Shown: in pieces, positions 8,474-18,488 of the stretch
Layout of the letters: every line of letters begins with the position of its first letter
Position numbering within the stretch: position 1 is the first letter of the stretch
Source: Gammaproteobacteria bacterium
GTDB taxonomy: Bacteria; Pseudomonadota; Gammaproteobacteria; SpSt-1174
Assembly (NCBI GenBank): GCA_037388465.1
Contig: JARRKE010000005.1
Span: 5,010 to 69,009, forward strand
Direction of reading: 5' to 3'
Length of the DNA: 64,000 bases
The notes under the pieces: model-generated
What the model was told of the DNA's origin: nothing
Seen by the model: the letters and a program-made list of their open reading frames with translations, nothing else
Database searches by the model: none
Made by a program: the position numbers and the translations under genes

Positions 8474-11128
8474 TCAGTCCGAGGAGCCCAGGCTCAGCGT
8501 TACCACTTCGTAAACGTCCTTGGACAGCCCCTCCCGGGCGGCGAGCGATTCCAGCGCCGTCCGCATATGTCCCGAACGCCCGGGTTCGAACCGTTGCCAG
8601 CGTGAGAACTGCTTGGCCAGCCGGGCGGCGACCTGGGGGTTGAGCTTGTCCAGTTCCGCCACCTGCTCGGCCAGGAAGCGGTAACCGGAGCCGTCGGGGG
8701 CATGAAAATGCAGCGGATTGGCGGCGACGAAACTGCCGATCAGGGCGCGCACCCGGTTGGGATTCCTGATCGAGAAACAGGGATGATCCATCAAGGCCCG
8801 CACGCGTTCCAGCGCGCCCGGGATGGCGGATGTCGCCTGCAGGCTGAACCACTTGTCGAGCACCAGGGAATCGTCGCGCCAGCGCGTCTCGAAATCAGTC
8901 AGGGCCTGGTCGCGCTGCTCGCAATCGATGTCGTTCACCCCCCGCAACGCCCCCAGCACATCGGTCATGTTGTCCGCGGCCCGGGCCTGTTCCACCGCCA
9001 GATCGCACAAATCGGCCTCGCGCAACTCCAGCAGATAACCCAGGCAAACGTTCTTCAGGCTGCGCCGCGCGATGGCCTCGGGCGACTTGGAGTAATGCTC
9101 GTCGACGCCGGCGTGATAGCGCTCCAGCATGACCTCGCGCAGGGATTGCGCCAGGGTGTGGCGCACGAAACGGCGCGTGGCGTGCAGGGCCTCGGGGTCG
9201 GCCGAGTCCATCTGATCGATCAGATAGGACACCGACGGCAGACGCAGGGCCTCGGCGATCAGCGCCGGATCGGCGTCCTGATCGGACAACAGCTGCGCGT
9301 AGGCATCGATGAACTCCGGTGCGAGGCCGATCGCATCCCCGCGACTGTAGTCGGCCGCCAGTTCCAGCAGGGTCCGGGTGGCCAGCTGGTGCCCGGCCTC
9401 CCAGCGATTGAACTCGTCCGTATCGTGGGCCATCAGGAAGGCCCGCTCGGCCTCCGTATAGGGATACTCGAGACAAACCGGTGCCGAAAAGCCGCGCAGC
9501 AGGGATGGCACGGGCCGTTCCGGGACGTTCACGAAGGTGAACGACTGGGATTTTTCGGTCAGGCGCAGCACGCGCGAGCCGCCGACCGGCGCCTCCTCGC
9601 CCTCGAGCTGTAACGGAATTTCGCGCCCGGCCCCGTCGAGCAGACCGACCGCCAGCGGAATCAGCTGGGGCTGCTTGCCGGTCTGTCCGGGGGTGTCAGG
9701 AATCGACTGGCTGACGTGCAGCGTGCAGGTCTGCGCCGCCGGATCCCAGGCCTGTTCCACCTTGACCCGCGGCGTGCCCGCCTGGCTGTACCACAGCTTC
9801 ATCGGCTCCAGATCGACGCCGTTGGCGGACGCCATCGCCTGGCGGAAATCGTCCGTGGTGGCCGCCTGACCGTCGTGGCTGCGCAGGTAATGCTCCAGGC
9901 CGCGCCGGAATCCGTCGCGTCCCAGCAGGGTCTGGTACAGGCGCACCACCTCGGCGCCCTTCTCGTAGACCGTAACCGTATAGAAGTTGTTGATTTCCAT
10001 ATAGGAATCCGGACGCACCGCGTGCGCCATGGGGCCGGCGTCCTCGGCGAACTGCACATCCCGCAACAGGCGCACGTCCTCGATGCGCTTGACCGCGCGC
10101 GAGTTCATGTCCGCGCTGAATTCCTGGTCGCGGAACACCGTCAGGCCTTCCTTGAGAGAGAGCTGGAACCAGTCGCGGCAGGTCACACGGTTGCCGGTCC
10201 AGTTGTGGAAGTATTCGTGTCCGATGACCCCTTCGATCGCCAGGTAGTCGGCATCGGTGGCGGTTTCCGGACTGGCGAGCACGAACTTGGAGTTGAAGAC
10301 GTTCAGCCCCTTGTTCTCCATCGCCCCCATGTTGAAGTCGTCGACCGCCACGATCATGTAGATGTCGAGGTCATACTCCAGACCGAAGGTCTGCTCGTCC
10401 CAGCGCATGGCCTTCTTGAGCGAGTCCATGGCGTGATCGCACTTGTCCAGGTTGTGATGCTGGACGTAGATGCGCAGCGCCACCTCCCGCCCCGAAGCGG
10501 TCGCATAACGGTCCTCGTGACAGCCGAGGTCGCCGGCCACCAGCGCGAACAGGTAACCCGGCTTCGGGAAAGGGTCCTGCCAGACGACGTAGTGTCGCCC
10601 GTCATCGGTCTCGCCCTGTTCGATCAGGTTGCCGTTGGACAGCAGCACCGGATAGCGGGCGCGTTCCGCCACGATGCTGGTCTTGAAGCGGGCCAGCACG
10701 TCGGGCCGGTCGAGATACCAGGTGATGTGCCGGAACCCTTCCGCCTCGCATTGGGTGCAGAAATTGCCCGAGGACTTGTACAGCCCCTCCAGCGCCGTAT
10801 TGTCCTGGGGCCGGGTGGCGGCCGTGGTCTCCAGCACGAAGGACTCCGGCGGGTCGATCAGCTCGAGACCGTGCGCATCCAGGTGATACGCGGTTTCCGG
10901 CAGGGCCTGGCCGTTCACGGCGATGGCTCGCAGCGACAGCCCTTCGCCATCCAGCCGTAATTTGTCGCCCGGTGCCGGATGGTCCGGATTGCGCCGGAGC
11001 GAAAGCCGGGCATGAACCAGCGTTTCGTCCTCCCCCAGTTCGAAGCGCAGATCGACGTCGTCGATCAGGTAAGGCGGCGGGGTGTAATCCTTGAGATAAA
11101 TTCGGCTGTGGGGACTCGTTTCTCTCAT
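8474..11128 (-). CDS. pepN: Aminopeptidase N (M1 family)
   Basis: 884 aa. GAMENKGL exopeptidase motif and HEYFHNWTGNRVT...LSLKEGLTVF zinc-binding HExxH+E. Confidence 0.95.
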   Translation of the reverse strand: MRETSPHSRIYLKDYTPPPYLIDDVDLRFELGEDETLVHARLSLRRNPDHPAPGDKLRLDGEGLSLRAIAVNGQALPETAYHLDAHGLELIDPPESFVLETTAATRPQDNTALEGLYKSSGNFCTQCEAEGFRHITWYLDRPDVLARFKTSIVAERARYPVLLSNGNLIEQGETDDGRHYVVWQDPFPKPGYLFALVAGDLGCHEDRYATASGREVALRIYVQHHNLDKCDHAMDSLKKAMRWDEQTFGLEYDLDIYMIVAVDDFNMGAMENKGLNVFNSKFVLASPETATDADYLAIEGVIGHEYFHNWTGNRVTCRDWFQLSLKEGLTVFRDQEFSADMNSRAVKRIEDVRLLRDVQFAEDAGPMAHAVRPDSYMEINNFYTVTVYEKGAEVVRLYQTLLGRDGFRRGLEHYLRSHDGQAATTDDFRQAMASANGVDLEPMKLWYSQAGTPRVKVEQAWDPAAQTCTLHVSQSIPDTPGQTGKQPQLIPLAVGLLDGAGREIPLQLEGEEAPVGGSRVLRLTEKSQSFTFVNVPERPVPSLLRGFSAPVCLEYPYTEAERAFLMAHDTDEFNRWEAGHQLATRTLLELAADYSRGDAIGLAPEFIDAYAQLLSDQDADPALIAEALRLPSVSYLIDQMDSADPEALHATRRFVRHTLAQSLREVMLERYHAGVDEHYSKSPEAIARRSLKNVCLGYLLELREADLCDLAVEQARAADNMTDVLGALRGVNDIDCEQRDQALTDFETRWRDDSLVLDKWFSLQATSAIPGALERVRALMDHPCFSIRNPNRVRALIGSFVAANPLHFHAPDGSGYRFLAEQVAELDKLNPQVAARLAKQFSRWQRFEPGRSGHMRTALESLAAREGLSKDVYEVVTLSLGSSD

Positions 11129-11317
11129 GGGGCGGACACCAGGCGTAGGGTGAGTTTAGCGACGCGGTCACATAGGTTGGCACATGTTAGCATTGCGCCT
11201 GCGCTTTATCCGGGGTATCTGATCGCCCGTGACCGGCAATCCGGACGATACCGGCGGTGTTTTCGCAGCGCCCCGGGGTTTTACCGACTATTCCATGCAG
11301 CCAGCACAGCTCACGGC

Positions 11318-12406
11318 GTGAAATTCGATCTCTTTTACGAACTGTCCAACCCGCCTTTTCATCTGCGGGAAGAGACGCGGCTGTTCGCCGAAACCCTGGA
11401 TGAGATCGCCTACGCCGAAACCCTGGGCTTCGATACCGCCTGGCTGGTGGAACACCACTTCATGCCCGGTTATTCCCATGCCAGCGCGCCGGAGCTGTTT
11501 CTGGCCGCGCTGACCCAGCGCACCCGGCGGCTGCGCCTCGGCCATGCCATCGTGCCGCTGCCCTACAACCACCCGGTGCGGGTGGCGGAACGCATCGCGA
11601 GCCTCGACGTACTGTCCGGCGGCCGGATCGAGTTCGGCTTCGGGCGCGGATTTTCCCCCAAGGAGTACGCCAGCTTCGGCGTGGCCATGGGTGACAGCCG
11701 CAGCTATACCCAGGAATCGCTGGAGATCATCCAGCGGGCCTTCGCCTCACCCACCGTTTCATATCAGGGCCGGCACTTCCAGCTCGATGAGGTCGAGATC
11801 ACGCCCTCGGTGGTACAGCAACCGCACCCGCCGATCTGGACCGCAGCGGTCAGTCCGGACTCGTTCGACATGGCGGCCCGCCTCGGCATCGGCGTATTGG
11901 TCGGCCCGTTCAAACCCTGGTTCATGGTGCGCGAGGACATCCGCCAGTACCGCGAGGCCTGGCGCAAATACCACGGCGATGCCCCACTGCGCCCCGGCCA
12001 GAACCGCCGCGTCGCGATGACGGTGGGCATGTTCTGCCACGAGGACGCCCGCGCCGCGCGCCGCATCGCCAACGAACCCTTCGTCTGGTTCTACCGCCAG
12101 CTGCTGGGGCAGACCCGTCCGATCCTGGAAAAGCTCTACGACAGCTTCGAGTACTACCGCAAAATGGGGCGCTTCCGCGGCATGCTGGACATGGCGGTCA
12201 ACCTCAAGCTGCTAGACAGCCTGGGCATGGCCATCGTCGGCGACCCCGAACATTGCATCCGCGAACTCAAGACCCTGCAGGCCGAGGGTGTGGATCATGT
12301 CCTGCTGGCCTTCGGGGCGGGCGCCATGCCGACCGAAACGATCCGCGGGTCCATGCGCCTGTTTTCCGAGCAGGTAATGCCCGCGCTGCGCGAAACCGCC
12401 GCATGA
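11318..12406 (+). CDS. LLM-class (luciferase-like) flavin-dependent oxidoreductase
   Basis: A GTG start at 11318 gives MKFDLFYELS..., the typical LLM N-terminus. The longer ORF start at 10979 would overlap pepN. Confidence 0.75.
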   Translation: MKFDLFYELSNPPFHLREETRLFAETLDEIAYAETLGFDTAWLVEHHFMPGYSHASAPELFLAALTQRTRRLRLGHAIVPLPYNHPVRVAERIASLDVLSGGRIEFGFGRGFSPKEYASFGVAMGDSRSYTQESLEIIQRAFASPTVSYQGRHFQLDEVEITPSVVQQPHPPIWTAAVSPDSFDMAARLGIGVLVGPFKPWFMVREDIRQYREAWRKYHGDAPLRPGQNRRVAMTVGMFCHEDARAARRIANEPFVWFYRQLLGQTRPILEKLYDSFEYYRKMGRFRGMLDMAVNLKLLDSLGMAIVGDPEHCIRELKTLQAEGVDHVLLAFGAGAMPTETIRGSMRLFSEQVMPALRETAA

Positions 12407-13344
12407 AGCTGGTCGTCACCGGCGCCGCCGGCCGGCTGGCTGAGGTGCTGATTCCGCATCTGCTGACCGACCCACGCATCGAACACATCACCGGCATCGA
12501 CCGGCGGCCGCAGACGTTCGATCACCCGCGCTACCGGCCGGTCATCGCCGATGTGCTGGATGCGGACCTGGAGCGCTATCTGGAGGGGGCCGACGCGCTG
12601 GTGCACATGGCCTTCGTGCTCATGGGCGGCGGCCTGGGCGCACGGCGTCTGGACCGCGAAGCCGTGCGAACGGTCAACGTCACCGGCACCCGCAAGGTGT
12701 TCGAAGCGGCGGTCCGCCAGGGCGTACGCCACGCCGTGTTCGTTTCCAGCGTGGCGGTCTATGGCGCCTGGCCCGACAACCCGCCGCTCATCGCCGAGGA
12801 CAGCCCCCTGCGTCCCAATCCCGGCTTTTCCTATGCCGAGGACAAGGCTGCGGCGGAAACCTGGCTGACGGATTTCGAAACGGCCCATCCCGGTCTGCGC
12901 CTGGCGCGCCTGCGCCCGCACGCCATTCTCGGCCCCCATGCGCACGCGCTGCTGGCGCGCATGCTGCGTCAGCCGTTTTATCCGCTGACCTTGAATCCGC
13001 GTCCGTTGACACAGTGCGTGTGGGAGGACGACGTGGCCGAGGCGGTGCGCCTGGCCCTGCACAGTGATGCCCGCGGCGCCTTCAACCTGGCCGCGCAGCC
13101 GGCGATGAGCCTGTACGATATGCTCGGCCTGGTACGCCGCACCCGTCTGCCGCTGTCGCTGCCGCTGGCGGAGCGGCTTCAACGCCTGGCCTGGCGACTC
13201 ACCCCCGCGGCGGGCGAACCCGGCTGGGTGGGCGGGCTGAGGTACAGCCTGGCCGTGGACAGTACACGCGCGGAGCAATTGCTCGGCTGGCGGCCGGCAC
13301 GCGACCTGGCGGCCTGCGTCAGGCAGGCCGCCTTCCCGACCTGA
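12403..13344 (+). CDS. NAD-dependent epimerase/dehydratase (SDR) family protein
   Basis: MKLVVTGAAGRLA Rossmann motif. The ATG overlaps the LLM stop (ATGA). Confidence 0.8.
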   Translation: MKLVVTGAAGRLAEVLIPHLLTDPRIEHITGIDRRPQTFDHPRYRPVIADVLDADLERYLEGADALVHMAFVLMGGGLGARRLDREAVRTVNVTGTRKVFEAAVRQGVRHAVFVSSVAVYGAWPDNPPLIAEDSPLRPNPGFSYAEDKAAAETWLTDFETAHPGLRLARLRPHAILGPHAHALLARMLRQPFYPLTLNPRPLTQCVWEDDVAEAVRLALHSDARGAFNLAAQPAMSLYDMLGLVRRTRLPLSLPLAERLQRLAWRLTPAAGEPGWVGGLRYSLAVDSTRAEQLLGWRPARDLAACVRQAAFPT

Positions 13345-13395
13345 GCGTTTGTTATCCGCAGACCGGCGTCGATTCGGTATCATTCACGCTTTTAG

Positions 13396-14376
13396 TTGGG
13401 GGTAAGGTCTTTGCTGCTTGCGATCACCGCTGTCATCCTCGGATTCGTGCTGCTGATCTGGGGGGCCGACCGTTTCGTGCACGGCGCAGCCGGCATTGCG
13501 GCCACCCTCGGCGTGTCTCCCATCATCATCGGCCTGACCATCGTCGGCTTCGGCACCTCCGCGCCGGAAATGCTGATCTCCGGCTTTGCGGCCTGGCAGG
13601 GCAACCCGGGGCTGGCCATCGGTAACGCCATCGGCTCCAACATCACCAATATCGCCCTGGTGATCGGCGCGACCGCGCTGGTCTCGCCGCTGGCCGTACA
13701 GTCGCAGACCCTGCGCCGGGAATTTCCCCTGCTGGTCGCGGTGCAGGTCGGCGTGCTGGTGTTCCTGCTCAACGGCACACTCACACGTCTGGACAGCTTC
13801 ATTCTGCTGGCGGCGCTGGCCGTCTTCATGGGCTGGACGGTGTACGTCGCCCACAAGGCGAGGCGCAACGATCCGCTGCGGGTGGAAATGGAACACGAAC
13901 TGGTACCGACCATGCGCCTGGGTACGGCCGTGCTCTGGTTCCTGGTCGGCCTGGGCATTCTGCTGTTCAGCTCGCGCATTCTGGTCTGGGGCGCAGTGAC
14001 CATCGCCAAAGCCTTCGGCATCAGCGACCTGATCATCGGCCTGACCATCATCGCCATCGGCACCAGCCTGCCGGAACTGGCCTCATCCATCGTCAGCGCG
14101 CGGCGCGGTGAGGCCGACCTCGCCATCGGCAACATCATCGGCTCCAACATATTCAACGTCCTGGGCGTGCTGCCGATAGCGGGGGTGATCCATCCAATCC
14201 TGCTGCCCAGCGAGGTCCTCACGCGCGACTACCCCATCATGCTCGCCCTGACCCTGGCCTTCGTCCTGATGGGCGTTGGCCTGCGCGGAGGGCGCGGCCG
14301 GATCACACGCCTGGAAGGTGCTATTCTGCTGGCCTGCTTCGTAGGCTATGAAGTCCTCATTTATCTCAGTCTCTAG
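13396..14376 (+). CDS. yrbG: CaCA-family Na+/Ca2+ antiporter (YrbG-like)
   Basis: Two alpha-repeats (GFGTSAPE / AIGTSLPE). It sits in the conserved position upstream of kdsD. TTG start. Confidence 0.85.
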   Translation: MGVRSLLLAITAVILGFVLLIWGADRFVHGAAGIAATLGVSPIIIGLTIVGFGTSAPEMLISGFAAWQGNPGLAIGNAIGSNITNIALVIGATALVSPLAVQSQTLRREFPLLVAVQVGVLVFLLNGTLTRLDSFILLAALAVFMGWTVYVAHKARRNDPLRVEMEHELVPTMRLGTAVLWFLVGLGILLFSSRILVWGAVTIAKAFGISDLIIGLTIIAIGTSLPELASSIVSARRGEADLAIGNIIGSNIFNVLGVLPIAGVIHPILLPSEVLTRDYPIMLALTLAFVLMGVGLRGGRGRITRLEGAILLACFVGYEVLIYLSL

Positions 14377-14396
14377 CAGCGAACGGCCGCCTGAAC

Positions 14397-15374
14397 ATGA
14401 CCCACTCACCGGAATCCTTCGAATCGCTCGCCCGCGCCGTCATCCGCATCGAGACCGAGGCCGTCGCCGCCCTGGAAGCCCGCATCGACGGCAACTTCGA
14501 GCGCGCCTGTGAACTCATGCTCCACTGCCAGGGGCGCGTGGTGGTGACCGGCATGGGCAAATCGGGACACATCGGCGACAAGATCGCCGCCACCCTGGCC
14601 AGCACCGGCACCCCCGCCTTTTTCGTGCATCCGGGCGAGGCCAGCCACGGCGACCTCGGCATGATCACCGCCAAGGACGTGGTGCTGGCGCTGTCCAACT
14701 CCGGCGAAACCGAGGAGCTGCTGACCATCCTGCCGATCCTCAAGCGCCTGGGTGTGCCCATGATCGCCATGACCGGCAACCCGCCCTCCACCCTGGCCCG
14801 CGAAGCGGACGTGCACCTCGATGCCAGCGTCGAGAAAGAGGCCTGCCCGCTGGGGCTGGCCCCCACCTCAAGCACCACGGCCGCACTGGTCATGGGCGAT
14901 GCCCTGGCGGTCGCCCTGCTCGAGGCGCGCGGCTTCACCGCCGACGATTTCGCCCGCTCCCATCCCGGCGGCCGCCTGGGCCGGCGGCTGCTGCTGCATG
15001 TGACAGACATCATGCACAGCGGTGAACGCATTCCGCTGGTGGCGCCCGATACGCCGCTCAGCGAGGCGCTGCTGGAAATCACCCGCAAGGGGCTGGGGAT
15101 GACCGTGGTGGCCGACACGGACGGGCGGCTGCAGGGCGTGTTCACCGACGGCGACCTGCGCCGCTGTCTGGACCGGACGGTGGACGTGCACAGCACCCCC
15201 ATCCGCGAGGTGATGACCCATCCCTGTCAAAGCGTGCCCGCAGACCTGCTGGCCGTGGAGGCGCTGACACTGATGGAGACGTGCAAGATCAACGCCCTGC
15301 CCGTCACCGATGCGGACGGACGCGTGATCGGCGCCTTCAACATGCACGATCTGCTGCGCGCCGGCGTGGTCTGA
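14397..15374 (+). CDS. kdsD: Arabinose-5-phosphate isomerase (SIS + tandem CBS)
   Basis: VTGMGKSGHIG SIS motif with C-terminal CBS pair. Confidence 0.9.
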   Translation: MTHSPESFESLARAVIRIETEAVAALEARIDGNFERACELMLHCQGRVVVTGMGKSGHIGDKIAATLASTGTPAFFVHPGEASHGDLGMITAKDVVLALSNSGETEELLTILPILKRLGVPMIAMTGNPPSTLAREADVHLDASVEKEACPLGLAPTSSTTAALVMGDALAVALLEARGFTADDFARSHPGGRLGRRLLLHVTDIMHSGERIPLVAPDTPLSEALLEITRKGLGMTVVADTDGRLQGVFTDGDLRRCLDRTVDVHSTPIREVMTHPCQSVPADLLAVEALTLMETCKINALPVTDADGRVIGAFNMHDLLRAGVV

Positions 15375-15392
15375 CCAACCGGTCCTACATTT

Positions 15393-15806
15393 TCAATGTC
15401 GGGTCGGCAGGGCCTCGACCAGGCCGGGATCGAGATGCCAGTGGTCGGCCACCGTGCGGGCCCGCGCCAGGTCGTCCGGATGGACATACACCTTGAGACG
15501 GGCCCCATGGGCCTCCGCCCATTCGGCAAAAGCCTGCCAGCGGCGCCCCGGAAGTTCCTCGCCAAGATCGGTGGCCGTCTCCACCACGGCGAGCAGGGGC
15601 TGCAGGCCCGCCACCCCATCGGCGAAAATATCCGGCGTCATGGGCACGTTGAGGACCCGGATTGTCACGCGTCCGGGCTCTTCGAATCCCGGCAACTCAT
15701 GGGCCGAAAAATGCCGGTAACCGCGCGCCTTCAACATATCGATCGCGCTTTCCATCATGGTTTCGCGCTCATGCTCGACGGCATCGGGCAACATGGTCGG
15801 ATACAT
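15393..15806 (-). CDS. Hypothetical protein (137 aa), antisense insert between kdsD and kdsC
   Basis: Minus-strand ORF with strong G/C third-position bias (..GAC CAC TGG CAT CTC GAT CCC GGC CTG..). The overlapping plus-strand ORF 15396..15827 has an R/G/H-rich composition typical of a wrong frame. Confidence 0.5.
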   Translation of the reverse strand: MYPTMLPDAVEHERETMMESAIDMLKARGYRHFSAHELPGFEEPGRVTIRVLNVPMTPDIFADGVAGLQPLLAVVETATDLGEELPGRRWQAFAEWAEAHGARLKVYVHPDDLARARTVADHWHLDPGLVEALPTRH

Positions 15807-16009
15807 GGCTCACCTCCCACCCCCTGAGGGCTTTGCTGGCCAATTTATTCAAGTATAGTCGCGCCCTGACGGTCGGTTGGAAATGCGCCCCGCGGCCTTT
15901 TTCAGCACCGTCGGGCCGCAAAAATCAAACACCCAAGTGATTGATTTACGGACCGGACACCCCTGCAACGGACTGCAAGCACCGCAAACGGGTTATCCTT
16001 GGGGTTTAC

Positions 16010-16552
16010 ATGAGCATACCGGCAGCAATGGAACACATCCTCGAGAAGGCCAAAGACATCCGCCTGGTGATCTTCGATGTGGACGGCGTCCTCACCGACG
16101 GCGGCCTGTTCTTCGGCGACGACGGCCAGGAATACAAGATGTTCAATTCACGGGACGGTCACGGCATTCGCATGCTCAAGCATGGCGGCGTGGAGATGGC
16201 CGTGCTTACCGGGCGCCAGTCCGAGGTGGTCAAACACCGCATGCGCGACTTGGGAGTCAGCCTGGTCATCCAGGGCCAGCGCGACAAGCTGCCGGCCTTC
16301 AAGATCCTGCAGGCCGAGACCGGCATCTCCGCCGAGCACATGGCCTATGTCGGCGACGACGTGGTCGACCTGCCGGTCATGCGCCGCGTCGGCTTCGCCG
16401 TGGCGGTGAACGACGCGCATCCGCTGGTGATCGAACACGCCCACTGGGTCACCCAGAAGGCCGGCGGGCGCGGCGCGGGGCGCGAGGTCTGCGAACTGAT
16501 CCTCAAGGCCCAGGGCAAACTCGACGCGATGCTCGAATCCTACCTGGCATGA
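16010..16552 (+). CDS. kdsC: KDO-8-phosphate phosphatase (HAD)
   Basis: IRLVIFDVDGVLTDG HAD motif I and DDVVDLP motif. Confidence 0.9.
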   Translation: MSIPAAMEHILEKAKDIRLVIFDVDGVLTDGGLFFGDDGQEYKMFNSRDGHGIRMLKHGGVEMAVLTGRQSEVVKHRMRDLGVSLVIQGQRDKLPAFKILQAETGISAEHMAYVGDDVVDLPVMRRVGFAVAVNDAHPLVIEHAHWVTQKAGGRGAGREVCELILKAQGKLDAMLESYLA

Positions 16553-17106
16553 AGCTGAGAATGACATTGGGGTTGCTCAGTGTCGGCAGCGTGGCGCTGC
16601 TGAGCTGGTGGCTGAACAACCTGCAGCAACAGGAAAATGCACCGCAGCCCCCACGGCTGGTCGGTCCCGACCTGACCCTGAACGAGTTCACCACCGAGGT
16701 CACAGCGGTCGACGGCGCCCTGCTCTATCGCCTCAACGCCCCGGAGCTGACCCATAAGCCCGATGACAAGGAAAGCGTGATCCAGAAGCCGCATCTGGTG
16801 TTCTACCCCACCTCGGGCGGCGACATCACCCTGCACGCCGAACAGGCTGTGCTGAACGACAACCACCGGCTGATCACCCTGCCCGGCGATATCCTGATCC
16901 AGAGCAGCGCCACCGAAAAACGCGACCCGATCAACGTGCAGACCAGCGACGTGCAGGTCTTTCCACAAAAACGCGAGGCCGTCACCCAGGCCGTCACCCA
17001 GGTGGTCAGCACCCGCTGGCATGTACGCGGCCAGGGCATGCGGCTCAATCTCCAGAACAATATGCTCGATATCGACCGCGACGCCCGGGGCTACTATGCG
17101 CCTTGA
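16549..17106 (+). CDS. lptC: LPS export protein LptC
   Basis: The ATG overlaps the kdsC stop (ATGA). N-terminal TM anchor, ~185 aa, conserved position. Confidence 0.75.
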   Translation: MKLRMTLGLLSVGSVALLSWWLNNLQQQENAPQPPRLVGPDLTLNEFTTEVTAVDGALLYRLNAPELTHKPDDKESVIQKPHLVFYPTSGGDITLHAEQAVLNDNHRLITLPGDILIQSSATEKRDPINVQTSDVQVFPQKREAVTQAVTQVVSTRWHVRGQGMRLNLQNNMLDIDRDARGYYAP

Positions 17107-17611
17107 ACGACTCCTGCTGCTCGCTCTGCTGCTCGGTCTCGCGCTGCCGGCCTACGCGCTGCGTTCCGACGCCACCAAGCCGGTCGAGATCAAGGCCGAC
17201 CGCGTGCGGGTGGACGGCCGCACCGGGCGCAGCATCTATCAGGGGCATGTACGCCTGACGCAGGGCACCCTGCATATGGAAGCGGATCGCGTCGAGGTCT
17301 ACCTGACCCCGGCCCGCAAGCTCTCGCGCATCGTCGCCCTGGGCGATCCCGCCACCCTGCAGCAGCAGGCCGACAACGGCGAACTGGTCAAGGCCAGGGC
17401 CGCCCGCATGGAATACGAGGCGAATACGCATCGCATCGTACTCACCGACGGGGTCGAACTGCAGCAGGGACGCAACCGTTTTTCCGGCGCCCGGGTGGTC
17501 TACCAGATCACCGACAGCCGGCTGGAGGCCGGCGGCAGCGACAACAAACCCGTGCGCGCCATCCTCATTCCGCCGCCCCCCAAAGCCAAAGAGACACCCG
17601 CCAAGCCATGA
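17096..17611 (+). CDS. lptA: LPS transport periplasmic protein LptA
   Basis: [21 protein letters not shown] signal peptide, OstA-like N-domain, 11-nt overlap with lptC. Confidence 0.85.
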   Translation: MRLERLLLLALLLGLALPAYALRSDATKPVEIKADRVRVDGRTGRSIYQGHVRLTQGTLHMEADRVEVYLTPARKLSRIVALGDPATLQQQADNGELVKARAARMEYEANTHRIVLTDGVELQQGRNRFSGARVVYQITDSRLEAGGSDNKPVRAILIPPPPKAKETPAKP

Positions 17612-18333
17612 GCACCCTGCAGGCCACCGACCTGAGCAAGCGTTACCGCCAACGCCCGGTGCTACGCAGCGTGTCGATCCATGTGGACAGCGGCGAGGTC
17701 GTGGGGCTGCTGGGTCCCAACGGGGCCGGCAAGACAACCTGTTTTTACATGGTGGTGGGGCTGATTCCCTGCGACGAAGGCCGCATCCTGCTCGACGGCC
17801 AGGAGATCACCGGCTTTCCCATGCACGCCCGGGCGCGCATGGGCATCGGTTATCTGCCGCAGGAGGCATCGATCTTCCGCAAGCTGACGGTGCGTCAGAA
17901 TCTGCAGGCCGTGCTGGAGGCGCGCACGGACCTGGATGCCGATGGGCGCAAGCAGAAACTCACTCAGTTGCTGGACGACCTGCAAATCGACCACATCGCG
18001 GACAGCCTTGGCCAGTCGCTGTCGGGCGGTGAACGCCGCCGTGCCGAGATCGCCCGCGCGCTGGCCATGGAGCCCGCCTTCATCCTGCTCGACGAGCCCT
18101 TCGCCGGGGTGGATCCGATCTCGGTGCTCGATATCCAGCGCATCATCAGACATTTGACGGAACGCAATATCGGCGTTCTTATCACCGACCATAATGTACG
18201 TGAGACCTTGGGTATCTGCTCACGCGCCTACATCCTCAGCGCCGGAGACATCATTGCCGAGGGATCGGCCGAGCAGATACTGCAGAATGAACAGGTGCGG
18301 GAGGTTTATCTGGGCCATGAATTCAGGCTTTAG
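17608..18333 (+). CDS. lptB: LPS export ABC ATPase LptB
   Basis: GPNGAGKTT Walker A, LSGGERRR signature, [11 protein letters not shown] Walker B. Confidence 0.95.
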   Translation: MSTLQATDLSKRYRQRPVLRSVSIHVDSGEVVGLLGPNGAGKTTCFYMVVGLIPCDEGRILLDGQEITGFPMHARARMGIGYLPQEASIFRKLTVRQNLQAVLEARTDLDADGRKQKLTQLLDDLQIDHIADSLGQSLSGGERRRAEIARALAMEPAFILLDEPFAGVDPISVLDIQRIIRHLTERNIGVLITDHNVRETLGICSRAYILSAGDIIAEGSAEQILQNEQVREVYLGHEFRL

Positions 18334-18488
18334 GCAGTCTCCCTTTTGGCCCCCGCTCCTCTATAATTGGCACAGACGATGAAAAGCCGGCACATATCGT
18401 GCCAGAATATAGCCAAACGGCGACTATCCAACCGCCGCCCCCCGAAGATGTATCAACCGACAACCAGCGCAGTCCATCAAGTAGCCTT

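Noticed and set aside
8570-8595. tRNA-like GGTTCGAACC segment
   Set aside because: It lies inside the pepN coding frame with no acceptor-stem/anticodon-arm context.
6880-8643. 587-aa plus ORF and 454-aa minus alternative-frame ORF over the SulP gene
   Set aside because: SulP's frame gives a coherent polytopic transporter; the others are G/R/H-rich shadow ORFs.
8702-10960. Plus-strand ORFs (303 and 414 aa) inside pepN
   Set aside because: Antisense to pepN, which carries the unambiguous GAMEN/HExxH motifs.
10979-11317. Longer start for the LLM oxidoreductase ORF (475 aa)
   Set aside because: It would overlap pepN by 150 nt on the opposite strand. The GTG at 11318 yields the canonical MKFDLF N-terminus.
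15396-15827. Plus-strand 143-aa ORF in the kdsD-kdsC gap
   Set aside because: The minus-strand frame has better GC3 bias and protein-like composition. Only one of the two can be real; the plus-strand frame is still possible.
18361-18400. Possible sigma-54 promoter (TTGGCAC...) upstream of rpoN, and at 16541..16560 (TGGCAT)
   Set aside because: Neither has the TTGC(A/T) -12 element at the correct 5-nt spacing.
18399-18488. GTG start extending rpoN to 514 aa
   Set aside because: Conserved sigma-54 region I begins at [10 protein letters not shown] (18489). The extension is P/S-rich and unconserved in character.
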